Shown here: positions 10,276 to 19,581 of the stretch, piece by piece | Position numbering within the stretch: position 1 is the first letter of the stretch | Layout: every line of letters begins with the position of its first letter | NCBI GenBank assembly: GCA_965248695.1 | Contig: CBDFKD010000002.1 | Location: forward strand, 3,872,001-3,936,000 | Direction of reading: 5' to 3' | Source: Acidobacteriota bacterium | GTDB taxonomy: Bacteria; Acidobacteriota; UBA890; WLXD01 | DNA length: 64,000 bases | The notes under the pieces: model-generated | The model's input: only the letters and a program-made list of their open reading frames with translations | Told to the model about the DNA's origin: nothing | Databases searched by the model: none | Program-made: the position numbers and the translations under genes

Positions 10276-12768
10276 ATGATGCCTTCCCAAAAGCGTACGA
10301 GCCCCGGTTCCGCTCGATCCACCTTCGGCCTGTTTGCGATTCGTGCCGCGATCGTCGGTACCGTGAGCGTGCTGATCGTTGCCTTAGGTACCCGCGCCGA
10401 CGCGCAGTGGACCAATCGCTACCCGCGTCTGGCCGGCTACTCGCACCACGTATACGCCGAAGGGTACGAGCTCCCGCTGGTGACGCGCGGCCCGGTCGAC
10501 GCGGTGCAGTCGCCGGTCGACGACCGCATCGTGCTCGCGTCGCGCGGCTGGCTGTGGATGCTCGAGGGTGTTGTCGCACGACGACTGACGAGCGGCAGCA
10601 CCTTTGACTCTCGGCCGGCGTGGTCGCCCGATGGCACGCGCATCGCGTTCGTGCGCGACGACACGCTCGATACCTCGATCTGGGAGCTGGTGGTCGCCAC
10701 CGGCGAGCAGCGATCGCTGGTGCAGACGTCGGCGCTCGATCTCGATCCCGCCTATACCTCCGATGGCACGGGGCTGATGTACTCGTCGGCCTCGGAGGGT
10801 GATCTCGATATCTGGCTCGCAGCTATCTCCGGCGGAGCGTCGGAGCGACTTACTGCCGAGGCGGGCCTCGAGCTCCGGCCACAGCCGCACGGCGACGGCT
10901 ATGTGTACATGGCCAAGACGCGCGCCGGCGCCGACGAGATCCGCGCCGCTGGTGCTAACGGTGAGCGTTCGGTCTGGACCGAGCGCATCGCCTCGCAAAC
11001 GCGCCCCGCACTGAGTCCCGACGGCCGGGTGGTGGCGCTCGGTGCCCCGACGGCCGACGGCTGGCGCCTCGAGCTCCTCGACCTGGCGCAACCCGGGGCA
11101 CGCATCGGTCTCACCGCCACCGGCCGATTGCCGATCACCCCGAGCTGGACCCGCGATGGCGCCGCGGTGCTGTTCAGTGAGGCCGACCTACGCCAGACGA
11201 TGCGCCTCTATCGTGTGGACCGGAACGGTGGTGAGCCTTCCGAGGTAGAGATCAACACCTGGGATTGGGGTGTGCCTACAGGCCGACTACGAGTGCGGAC
11301 GCGCCTCCTCGGTGGGCACGGCTTTGCGGCGGCGCGTCTGAACGTGCGCTCGGCCGATGGGCGCGGCCACGTTCCAGAGACCGGCATGGTGCGGTTCGAC
11401 GGCCAGAACGGCAGGACGTACTTCTACTCGCCGGGCGAGATTGAGATCGAAATGCCCGCCGGGCCCGCGTTGGTTACCGCCGTCCAGGGCCTGGCTACGC
11501 CTCCGGGCACGCTGGAAACGACCGTGGAGGCCGGCAAGACGACCGTCGTCGAGGTGGAGCTCGCACCGGTCTGGGATGCGTCGGCGGCTGGCTGGTACTC
11601 GGGCGATCATCATTTCCATCTGAACTACGGCGGTTCGTATCGTCTGCGTCCCGACGACCTGGTGGATGCCGGCCGCGGCGAAGCGGTCGACGTCCTCACG
11701 CCGTTGACCGCCAATCTGCACAATCGATTCGAGGACCGCGAATGGTGGGGCTGGGAGCGCCCGAGCTCGCCGCTGATCGCCTTCGGACAGGAGATCCGTT
11801 CGCATTTCCTCGGCCACGTGGCGATCACCGGCCATCGTGAGATGTTCTGGCCCTGGATCTGGGGCCCCGGCTACCAGGTTTACGGAGCCGACGATCGACC
11901 GAACGTCGATCCCCTACAGCACGGGCGCGCCGGCGGCGCGGTCGGCTACTACGTGCATCCCGTGTCGAGCAGCGATCCGTTTGGCGAAGGGGGGCTGGGG
12001 AGCATCCCGGTGGACATCATCCCGGATGCGCTGGCCGGTGACCTCGACGCCCTCGAAGTGGCGTGTCTGTGGAGCGATGAGATCGGCACCTCCGAGCTCT
12101 GGTACCGGTTCCTGAACCTGGGCATTCCGGTAGCGCCGAGTGCCGGTACCGACGTGATGACGAACCTCTACCGCACGATGGCGGTGGCCACGACCCGTGT
12201 CTACGTGCGCACCGGCGCCCAGCCCGACCTGGAGACCTATCTCGACGGCCTCCGCGCTGGACACTCCTTCGTTACCACCGGCCCGATGCTGTTGCTGCGC
12301 GTTGGCGAGGAGGGCGCCGAGCCGGGCGAGATCACGACATCCGGTTCGACGAGCTTCGAGATCAACCTGCACAGCGCCGTTCCCGTGGATCGACTCGAGC
12401 TCGTCGTCAACGGACAGGTAGTCTGGTCGGAGGTCGGTTTGATGGAGGCAGGTAGCTCGCGAGTTGCCGGGGAGATTGCGCTGCCTGTCGGGGGCTGGGT
12501 TGCCGCCCGCGCCGTTGGTACCTCGAGCGCCGCACCTGGCTGGCCGATGATGGGCAGCTACGCGTTTGCTCACACCGCCCCCGTATGGATCGGCGAGCTC
12601 GGGAGCACCGAACCTGGCGCACGACGAGCGGCGGCCGCCGATCTGCAGCGTGCCCTGGTCAATGCTCGTAGACGCCTGGATCGCGCCTACGCGGGCACAC
12701 AGATCCCGCGGTTGTGGCAGCGGTTCGACGCAGCCCGCGAGCAGTTGGACGCCCTTCTTCAGCAGTGA
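10276..12768 (+). CDS. Secreted TolB/PD40 beta-propeller fused to a CehA/McbA-like (PHP-fold) metallohydrolase
   Basis: PAWSPDG, PALSPDG and PSWTRDG repeats; GWYSGDHHFH, GQE...GH, YVHP, AGTD, G.SFVTTGP and AHTAPVWI. Confidence 0.82.
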   Translation: MMPSQKRTSPGSARSTFGLFAIRAAIVGTVSVLIVALGTRADAQWTNRYPRLAGYSHHVYAEGYELPLVTRGPVDAVQSPVDDRIVLASRGWLWMLEGVVARRLTSGSTFDSRPAWSPDGTRIAFVRDDTLDTSIWELVVATGEQRSLVQTSALDLDPAYTSDGTGLMYSSASEGDLDIWLAAISGGASERLTAEAGLELRPQPHGDGYVYMAKTRAGADEIRAAGANGERSVWTERIASQTRPALSPDGRVVALGAPTADGWRLELLDLAQPGARIGLTATGRLPITPSWTRDGAAVLFSEADLRQTMRLYRVDRNGGEPSEVEINTWDWGVPTGRLRVRTRLLGGHGFAAARLNVRSADGRGHVPETGMVRFDGQNGRTYFYSPGEIEIEMPAGPALVTAVQGLATPPGTLETTVEAGKTTVVEVELAPVWDASAAGWYSGDHHFHLNYGGSYRLRPDDLVDAGRGEAVDVLTPLTANLHNRFEDREWWGWERPSSPLIAFGQEIRSHFLGHVAITGHREMFWPWIWGPGYQVYGADDRPNVDPLQHGRAGGAVGYYVHPVSSSDPFGEGGLGSIPVDIIPDALAGDLDALEVACLWSDEIGTSELWYRFLNLGIPVAPSAGTDVMTNLYRTMAVATTRVYVRTGAQPDLETYLDGLRAGHSFVTTGPMLLLRVGEEGAEPGEITTSGSTSFEINLHSAVPVDRLELVVNGQVVWSEVGLMEAGSSRVAGEIALPVGGWVAARAVGTSSAAPGWPMMGSYAFAHTAPVWIGELGSTEPGARRAAAADLQRALVNARRRLDRAYAGTQIPRLWQRFDAAREQLDALLQQ

Positions 12769-12882
12769 TGCCGCCTCGCGACATCGCTCAGACGTGGGGG
12801 CCACGTGTGGAGGTTGACTGGGTTCGGGGGCTCGCGAAGAATGCAGCGACCCGTCCGCCGCGAAACTGACCAGGAGAGCATC

Positions 12883-13324
12883 TTGAACAAGTCCACCGCC
12901 ACGGTGTCGTTAGTGATCAGCCTTGCGATCCTCGGTTCGGCCTCTCCGGTCTTTGCGCAGGCCGGCAGAATCTACGCGGTTGATGTCGTTTCGAGCGAGG
13001 GCACGGAGTTTCAGGACTGCGTCCGGTTCAACGACGATGGCTCGCTCGACATTGACGCGCTACCGCTCGAAATGACCTGGAGGCGGCTAAAACGAGACAA
13101 GTAAGAAGAACAGTTTCCAGGCGGTGAACGCTGTCGATCGGGAGAACGGCACGAGTAGCCAGTTCAACATCGCCTACTCCGGCAAGGCGACCAACAAGAA
13201 GATCACGGCGGACGCGATCAACGAATTTGGCGGTGAGACCTTCAGCATTACGGGCAAGAAGGTCAAGGAATGTCCGGTCGTACGCCGGTTGACGGGCCGC
13301 AACCCTTGGGGGATCGGCTTCTGA
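12883..13324 (+). pseudogene. Small secreted protein split by a frameshift near 13100 (pseudogene or read error)
   Basis: AGGAG SD plus TTG 12883 gives the signal peptide MNKSTATVSLVISLAILGSASPVFAQ; frame stops at 13102-13104 but the next frame continues KKNSFQAVNAVD... to 13324. Confidence 0.65.
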
Positions 13325-13352
13325 CGCCGTCGACGGACGGGTACGAGGGGCG

Positions 13353-15428
13353 ATGAACACGCGACGAGATTTCTTGGCAGCGGCGACGTCGATAGCGGGC
13401 GGCCGCCTACTGGGCGCTGGCGCCGGCGCAGCGGAGATGCTCGCTGCGGTGGTCCCCGCACCACCCTGGGTCGACAAGCTCAGCCAACCGCGATTCGGCG
13501 CCCGCTCGTTACTCGAGTTCATCTCGATGCGCGACGGCGTACGCCTTGCCGCTCGCATGGTCATGCCCGATGGCGCCGGCGCCGATGAGCGCTTCCCGGC
13601 GCTGCTCAACTACTCGCCGTATCGCGAAACCGAATCGGACCAGCTCGGGAGGTTCGGATACTTCGCCGAGCGCGGCTACGTCGGGGTCCAGGTTGATGTC
13701 CGGGGTACCGGGACCAGCACCGGGCTCACGACTCCCAACGAGTACTCGGAGCAGGAGCGTGAGGACGCCCTCGATGTCATCGAGTGGCTGGCGTCGCGGG
13801 AGTGGAGCAACGGCAACGTCGGCATGTTCGGTTCTTCGTACGGTGGCTTCAACTCCACACAGATCGCCATGCTGCACCCCCCGGCCCTGAAGGCGATCGT
13901 GCCGATGCACGCCACCGACGACGTGTTCACCGACGACATCGTCTACTACGACGGGGCGCTGCAGTTCGATTCGATCGGCCGCTGGCCGTTCTCGATGATC
14001 GCTTCCATGGGAATCCCGGCGTGGCCCGACTACGACCCCGATTCCGAGGAGGCGCGCTATCGGGTCGAACATGAGCCGTGGATCTTCGACATGCTGCGCC
14101 ACCAGCGCAACGAGGCGTTCTGGCAGCGGATGTCGCTACGGCCCGACTACGACGCCATCGAGGTCCCGACGATGATGATCGGCGGCTGGCTCGACGCCTA
14201 CACCGACAGCATTCCGCGCATGCTGGAGCGCATGTCGGCACCGACGCGGGCGATCATCGGGCAGTGGACCCACGCGGTCGGCAAGCCCGGGCCGCCGTAC
14301 AACGTCAAGCCCGAGATGCTGCGCTGGTGGGACCACTGGCTCAAGGACAACGACACCGGGATGATGGACGAGCCGTCGTTGGCGATGTATGTCAACGAGT
14401 CGTACAAGCCGAGCCTGGAGATCAAGACCATTCCGGGCGGCTGGCGGTCTACGGAATGGCCGCCGAAGGGCATCGAGAGCATCGAGTTGTACCCGCAACC
14501 GCTGGGGGTTCTGGCGCATGAGCGCCGGCTCGACCACGAGTCGGAGCTCGAGTACAAGCCCACGGTCGGCATGACGAACCGCTACCGCTGCCCGCACAAC
14601 GCCGCCGAGCTGCCGATCGATCAGCGTGCCGACGACGCCTACTCGATGACGTTCGACACCGATCCTCTGGACACGAGCCTCGAGATTCTCGGGTTTCCGC
14701 AGGCGGTCCTGCACGTCTCGGCGAGCGCCCCGCAGGCGAACTGGATCGTGCGGCTGTGCGATGTGGCTCCGGACGGCACCTCGACGCTGGTGTCAAAGGG
14801 CATCCTCAACGGTGCCCATCGTGACTCCCACGTCGATCCGGCGCCGCTGACGCCGGACGAGGTCTACGAGCTCGAGTTCAACCTCAAGGTGATCTCCTGG
14901 GTGTTTCCACCCGGACACAGAGTGCGGGTCGCGATCGCCAACGCCGACTTCCCGAACCTCTGGCCCACTCCGTATCCGATGAGCACGAAGCTGTTCGTGG
15001 ACGCCGATCGTCCGTCACGCGTTGTGCTCCCAGTTGTGCCCGTGGGCACTGCGTCGCGTCCCTACGAGCCTCCCGCGCTCGAGGACCGGACAGACGCCGG
15101 TGGACCGAGTCCACAGGATCAGTGGGAGGTGACGCGCGACGAGATGGATCAGACCGTGACGGTGTTCCGCGAGACGATTCAGTCGTGGGGCGACATGGAG
15201 CGACGTTGGTGCACCGCCAGCGACCGCGATCCGGCGCGCGCGACGATCCGCGCCGAGGGCAGCTCCGAGGTCGAGCGCGATGGTCGGACGATCCTGTGCA
15301 ACTCCTGGATGATGCTCGAAAGCTCCGCCGACGCCTTTACGATCAGCGTTCGACGCGAGCTCCGGGTTAACGGCGAGCTGCAGTTCGAGAAGGAGTGGGC
15401 GGACACCATTCCCAGGAACCTCGTTTGA
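13353..15428 (+). CDS. Tat-exported CocE/NonD family hydrolase
   Basis: TRRDFL; MRDGVRLAA; DVRGTGTS.G; GMFGSSYGG nucleophile; GGWLDAY; IGQWTH. Confidence 0.9.
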   Translation: MNTRRDFLAAATSIAGGRLLGAGAGAAEMLAAVVPAPPWVDKLSQPRFGARSLLEFISMRDGVRLAARMVMPDGAGADERFPALLNYSPYRETESDQLGRFGYFAERGYVGVQVDVRGTGTSTGLTTPNEYSEQEREDALDVIEWLASREWSNGNVGMFGSSYGGFNSTQIAMLHPPALKAIVPMHATDDVFTDDIVYYDGALQFDSIGRWPFSMIASMGIPAWPDYDPDSEEARYRVEHEPWIFDMLRHQRNEAFWQRMSLRPDYDAIEVPTMMIGGWLDAYTDSIPRMLERMSAPTRAIIGQWTHAVGKPGPPYNVKPEMLRWWDHWLKDNDTGMMDEPSLAMYVNESYKPSLEIKTIPGGWRSTEWPPKGIESIELYPQPLGVLAHERRLDHESELEYKPTVGMTNRYRCPHNAAELPIDQRADDAYSMTFDTDPLDTSLEILGFPQAVLHVSASAPQANWIVRLCDVAPDGTSTLVSKGILNGAHRDSHVDPAPLTPDEVYELEFNLKVISWVFPPGHRVRVAIANADFPNLWPTPYPMSTKLFVDADRPSRVVLPVVPVGTASRPYEPPALEDRTDAGGPSPQDQWEVTRDEMDQTVTVFRETIQSWGDMERRWCTASDRDPARATIRAEGSSEVERDGRTILCNSWMMLESSADAFTISVRRELRVNGELQFEKEWADTIPRNLV

Positions 15429-16396
15429 GGGCCGTTGTCTGCAAGGAGTTCGGTCCGCCCGAGAATCTCGTGGTCGAGACGGTCGAGGATCCGGTTGCGG
15501 GCGACGGCGAGGTCGTGGTCGACGTCCGTGCCGTGGCGGTCACTTTCCCGGATACGCTCATCATCCAGGATCTCTACCAGTTCAAGGGATCGGTACCCTT
15601 CATTCCGGGCACCGAGGCGGCGGGGGTGGTGAGCGCTGTCGGCTCCGGCGTCAGCGGTGTAGATGTCGGCGATGACGTGGTCGGCTGGGGGTTTACCGGT
15701 GGATTCGCCGAGCGCGCCGCCTTCCCGGCCGCCGACGTGCGGTCGATGCCGACCGGTTTGGAGTACGCCGAAGCCACTGGTTTCGGCTACGCATACGGCA
15801 CCAGCTACTACGGTCTGAAGTTTCGTGGTGACTTACAGCCGGGGGAGACCCTGCTCGTTCTCGGCGCTGCTGGAAGCCTGGGTCTGGCGACGATTGAGCT
15901 CGGCAAATTGCTCGGCGCCCGCGTTATCGCTGCCGCCTCGACCGCCGAAAAACTGGCCTTATGCCGTGAGCGCGGCGCCGACGAGACCATCAACTACGAC
16001 CAGGAAGACCTGAAGGCGCGCGCCAAGGAGCTCACCGGCGGCGAGGGCGTGGACGTGGTCTTCGATGCCGTCGGCGGTGACTACGCTGAGGCGGCGTATC
16101 GGGTGACGAAATGGCGCGGCCGGTTCCTGGTCATTGGCTTCACCGCCGGTATCCCACGGATCCCCCTGAACCTGGCCCTGCTCAAGGGCAGCTCCATCGT
16201 CGGCGTCTTCTGGGGTGCGGCGCGCACCAAGGAGCCGGAGCTCTTCAAGACCATGTCGCGCGAGCTCGACGACTACGCCGCTGCCGGCGATCTGCGACCG
16301 CTGGTCTCACGCCGCTGCGCGCTCGAAGAGGTGCCGCAGGCGCTGCGCGATATCCTCGATCGAAAGGCTGTAGGCAAGATCGTCGCGGAGCCGTAG
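15425..16396 (+). CDS. NADPH:quinone oxidoreductase family (medium-chain dehydrogenase/reductase)
   Basis: TTG start overlaps the upstream TGA; PFIPGTEAAG, VLGAAGSLG, GVDVVFDAVGG, GKIV. Confidence 0.88.
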   Translation: MRAVVCKEFGPPENLVVETVEDPVAGDGEVVVDVRAVAVTFPDTLIIQDLYQFKGSVPFIPGTEAAGVVSAVGSGVSGVDVGDDVVGWGFTGGFAERAAFPAADVRSMPTGLEYAEATGFGYAYGTSYYGLKFRGDLQPGETLLVLGAAGSLGLATIELGKLLGARVIAAASTAEKLALCRERGADETINYDQEDLKARAKELTGGEGVDVVFDAVGGDYAEAAYRVTKWRGRFLVIGFTAGIPRIPLNLALLKGSSIVGVFWGAARTKEPELFKTMSRELDDYAAAGDLRPLVSRRCALEEVPQALRDILDRKAVGKIVAEP

Positions 16397-16503
16397 TCCC
16401 TGTGACAGGTCACTAGCAGGGCTGTCAGCACCCGTGGCCGTCGCACGAGTCCGATCTGAAGAAGTCCGGCCCCACTTCCGCCCTTTGAGTCTGAGCGCGT
16501 TGG

Positions 16504-16908
16504 GTGCACGCCTTCCGCAGCGACAGTCGGGACCATTCCCTGTGCCACGCATGGCTCGGGCGGGTACTCAACGGCGACTCGCGCTACAGCATGTCGACGC
16601 AGGTCCTCAGCAGCGTCGTGCGGGTTACGACGCACCCGAAAGTGTTCGCTCAGCCGAGCGAGCCGAGCGAAGTCCTCGGCTTCTGCGACGTGCTGCTGTC
16701 ACAACCGCATTGCGTCGTCGTGCAGCCCCGATCCCACCACTGGAGCATCTTCCGGCACCTGTGCGAGCAGGCGGACGCGCGCGGCAACCTGGTGCCGGAC
16801 GCCTGGCTGGCGGCCCTGGCCATCGAGTCCGGCTGCGAGTGGCTGACGCTCGATCGGGACTACGCCCGCTTCCCCGAGCTGAAGTGGAGCGTCCCGTCGG
16901 GGAGCTGA
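16504..16908 (+). pseudogene. N-terminally truncated VapC/PIN toxin without antitoxin
   Basis: VHAFR...VVRVTTHPKVF...GNLVPDAWLAALAIESGCEWLTLDRDYARFPELKW matches VapC, but the first DxNxL strand is missing (in-frame TGA at 16492) and there is no room for an antitoxin upstream. Confidence 0.7.
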
Positions 16909-16926
16909 TCCGTCCAGGCGCGCCAA

Positions 16927-17925
16927 TCAGTGATCGAGCAGCGTCTCCACATGCGCTGCAGCCGCTAGCGCCAGCCCGTCGACGTTGTAGCCGCCTTCCA
17001 GCAGCGACACCACGCGTCCGTCGCAGTAGTGGTCGGCCATGTCCATGACTGTGCGGGTCATGCGCACGAAGGCGTCGTCGGTGACGTCGAAGCAGCCCAG
17101 CAGATCGTCCATGCGGCTGTCGAACCCGGCCGAGACGATGATGAAGTCGGGCTTGAAGGCCTCGACCTTCGGCATCAACTTCTGGTCCCAGCTGCCCAGC
17201 ATGTCGCGGTCGCTGCAGCCGCAGTCCAGGTGCACGTTGATGTTCAGATCGCCACCGTCGCCGTCGCCCATCAGCGACGGATCACCGGTGCCCGGGTACG
17301 CGTACCAATCGTGGGTGGAGAAGAACAGCACGCTCGGGTCACCGTAGAAGGCGTTCTGGGTGCCGTTGCCGTGGTGGTAGTCCCAATCGATGATGAGCAC
17401 GTTGTCGAACCCGTGCGCTTGCTGGGCGTACTTGGCGGCGATCGCGGCATTGCTGTAGAAGCAGAAGCCCTCCTCCATGCCGGTGTTGTTGGCGTGATGT
17501 CCCGGTGGTCGGGCGGCGCAGAAGACGTTGCGCAGCTTGCCGGTGGCAACCGCATCGACGGATGCGAGGGCTCCGGCCACCGCCAGCTCCGCGACGGGGC
17601 CAGTAACGTCGATTTCCACTACCGAGTCGACGTGTGCGGTGGTGTGGTGATCTCGGATGTGGGGCATCGGGTCGTCGTGCAATGCGACGTCGACGAGCTT
17701 GTCGCGCAAGCCACGCGAATCCAGCATCGCCATGATCTTCTCGAGCCGCAGCGGGCGCTCTGGATGAACGCCCCCTCCACGCGTGTCGAGTACGTGGTCC
17801 AGGTAGCGGGCGTCGTAGACCAGGCCGGTGCCGGTGGCACGGGCTGCCAGCGTCGGTCCAGTGGGGACTGTGTTCATCGCCATCAGGCTTGCTCCGGCAA
17901 AACAGAATTCGCGTCGACTTCGCAT
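16927..17925 (-). CDS. Tat-exported histone deacetylase-family amidohydrolase
   Basis: GGAGGA SD before ATG 17925; SRREFC Tat motif; HPERP.R, RPPGHHA, GFC, DWDYHHGNGTQ, SAGFD, LEGGY. Confidence 0.9.
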   Translation of the reverse strand: MRSRREFCFAGASLMAMNTVPTGPTLAARATGTGLVYDARYLDHVLDTRGGGVHPERPLRLEKIMAMLDSRGLRDKLVDVALHDDPMPHIRDHHTTAHVDSVVEIDVTGPVAELAVAGALASVDAVATGKLRNVFCAARPPGHHANNTGMEEGFCFYSNAAIAAKYAQQAHGFDNVLIIDWDYHHGNGTQNAFYGDPSVLFFSTHDWYAYPGTGDPSLMGDGDGGDLNINVHLDCGCSDRDMLGSWDQKLMPKVEAFKPDFIIVSAGFDSRMDDLLGCFDVTDDAFVRMTRTVMDMADHYCDGRVVSLLEGGYNVDGLALAAAAHVETLLDH

Positions 17926-18100
17926 GTCGGTCCTCCATCGTGGGCCCCACGCTATCCTCCGGAGCCGGCGTCGGCAACGAAAACTCCATTCGGCGGCCCG
18001 CCGTTGCACCGACGCCAGGCGCGGCGATCCGCATTCGTCCACGTAGGGGCTCGTCCATCGCTTCGTTGCCACCTGCAGTGGCGCAACAGACAATGGCGCC

Positions 18101-19549
18101 ATGCTGAAGCCCGACGTCGCCCTCCCGGTCAACCGGGGGGCTGCCAACCCGGTCTTGTCCTCATCGACGTTCCTCGCTCGTACGGCCATTGTCCTGGCGA
18201 TCTCGGGCGTCGGATTTGCTCAGGCAGCTTTGCCGCCGCCAGCGATGTCGCACCGGTCAGGCCAGGAACAGCCGTTCTTCGCCTGGTCCGATCTCCGGTT
18301 CCCGATCTCCGAGTACGCCGAGCGGCGCAATCGACTGGCGGCGCGACTGGAAGCCGCGGGTGGCGGGGTGTTCCTGGCGCCGTCGCGGCCCGGAAGATCC
18401 GGCGGCGATACGTTCCGGCAACTCGAGGATTTCCTTTACTTCACCGGGCTGGAGTTGCCTGACTCGATGCTGGCGATCGACGCCAGCGGTAATACGACGC
18501 TCTTCGTTCCGGCGACCGACGCGCGTTTCGAGAGCCCGTCGCGCACCAACGACTTCCCGGGTCGGGCGCTGGCCACCGACCCCGAGATTCCGCGGCGCAG
18601 CGGCATCGACCACATCGCGCCCTTCGAGGATTTCCCCGCGGCGCTCGAAGCATGGGCGCAGACGGGCAGCCTCTGGATCGATCCCGGTCGGACGGGCGCC
18701 CTCGCTCGGCAGCCGGCTCAGGCGGTCGCTACCACCTCCACAGTACAGATCCTGGTTGAATACGTGCTGGACCGCGCGCCAGACGCGCAGCTGCGCAACG
18801 CCTTCCCGGAGATCGCGCGGCTGCGCATGGTCAAGTCGCAGCGTGAGATCGAGGCGCTGGAGCGGGCGGTTCAGGTCACAGCCGTGGCTATCCGTCACGT
18901 GGCCGGCGAGGTTCGTACCGGTGTCGACGAACGCACGCTGGTCGGCGCGTTCGAGGCCGCCTGCCGCCGCGGCGGCGCGCAGCGCATGCCGTTCACGCCG
19001 ATCATCAAGTCGGGACCCAACTCGCTGTGGCCGTGGCGTGTTCTCGCCTCGCATTACGAGCGCCGCAATCGCCGTATGCAGGCGGGAGATCTGGTGATCA
19101 TCAACGTCGCCTGCGAGGTCGACTACTACACTAGCGATGTCGGTCGCACGTTCCCCGTCTCGGGTCGATTCAGCCCGCAGCAGCGCGAGATTCTCGAGAT
19201 GGAGGTCGCCGTCGCCGACGCCATCATCGCCGCCGTGCGCCCGGGGACGACTCTGGCGCAGCTACAGCGCATCGCCGAGCTGGAGATCCCGGCAGACCAC
19301 CTCCGCTATATGCAGACCGGCGTGTTTTTCGGCCACCACGTCGGGCTGTCGATCGGCGACCCGGCGATGGAGGAGGATCCGCTGGCGCCGGGCATGGTGT
19401 TCACCGTGGAGCCCTGGTACTACAACCACGATCTCGAGATCGCCGTGTTCACCGAGGACGTGGTTCTGGTGACCGACGACGGCAGCCGCGTGCTCAGCGC
19501 CAGCTTGCCGCGCTCGCCCGAGGGGCTCGAGCGGCTCGTCGGCGGGTAA
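18101..19549 (+). CDS. Aminopeptidase P (M24B) family protein, probably exported; start uncertain
   Basis: EYAERR, FRQ..DFLYFTG, RMVKS..EI, SDVGRTFPVSGRF, GHHVGL, TVEP, EDVVLVT. Confidence 0.85.
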   Translation: MLKPDVALPVNRGAANPVLSSSTFLARTAIVLAISGVGFAQAALPPPAMSHRSGQEQPFFAWSDLRFPISEYAERRNRLAARLEAAGGGVFLAPSRPGRSGGDTFRQLEDFLYFTGLELPDSMLAIDASGNTTLFVPATDARFESPSRTNDFPGRALATDPEIPRRSGIDHIAPFEDFPAALEAWAQTGSLWIDPGRTGALARQPAQAVATTSTVQILVEYVLDRAPDAQLRNAFPEIARLRMVKSQREIEALERAVQVTAVAIRHVAGEVRTGVDERTLVGAFEAACRRGGAQRMPFTPIIKSGPNSLWPWRVLASHYERRNRRMQAGDLVIINVACEVDYYTSDVGRTFPVSGRFSPQQREILEMEVAVADAIIAAVRPGTTLAQLQRIAELEIPADHLRYMQTGVFFGHHVGLSIGDPAMEEDPLAPGMVFTVEPWYYNHDLEIAVFTEDVVLVTDDGSRVLSASLPRSPEGLERLVGG

Positions 19550-19581
19550 ACGCTGGCGCCAAGCGGTGCCCGGTGCGTCGT

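Noticed and set aside
16398-16425. CCCTG..CAGGG hairpin and CTAGCAGGGCTGT, resembling the 63241 repeat arm
   Set aside because: Short, imperfect and without a partner arm; not enough to call a terminator or IS end
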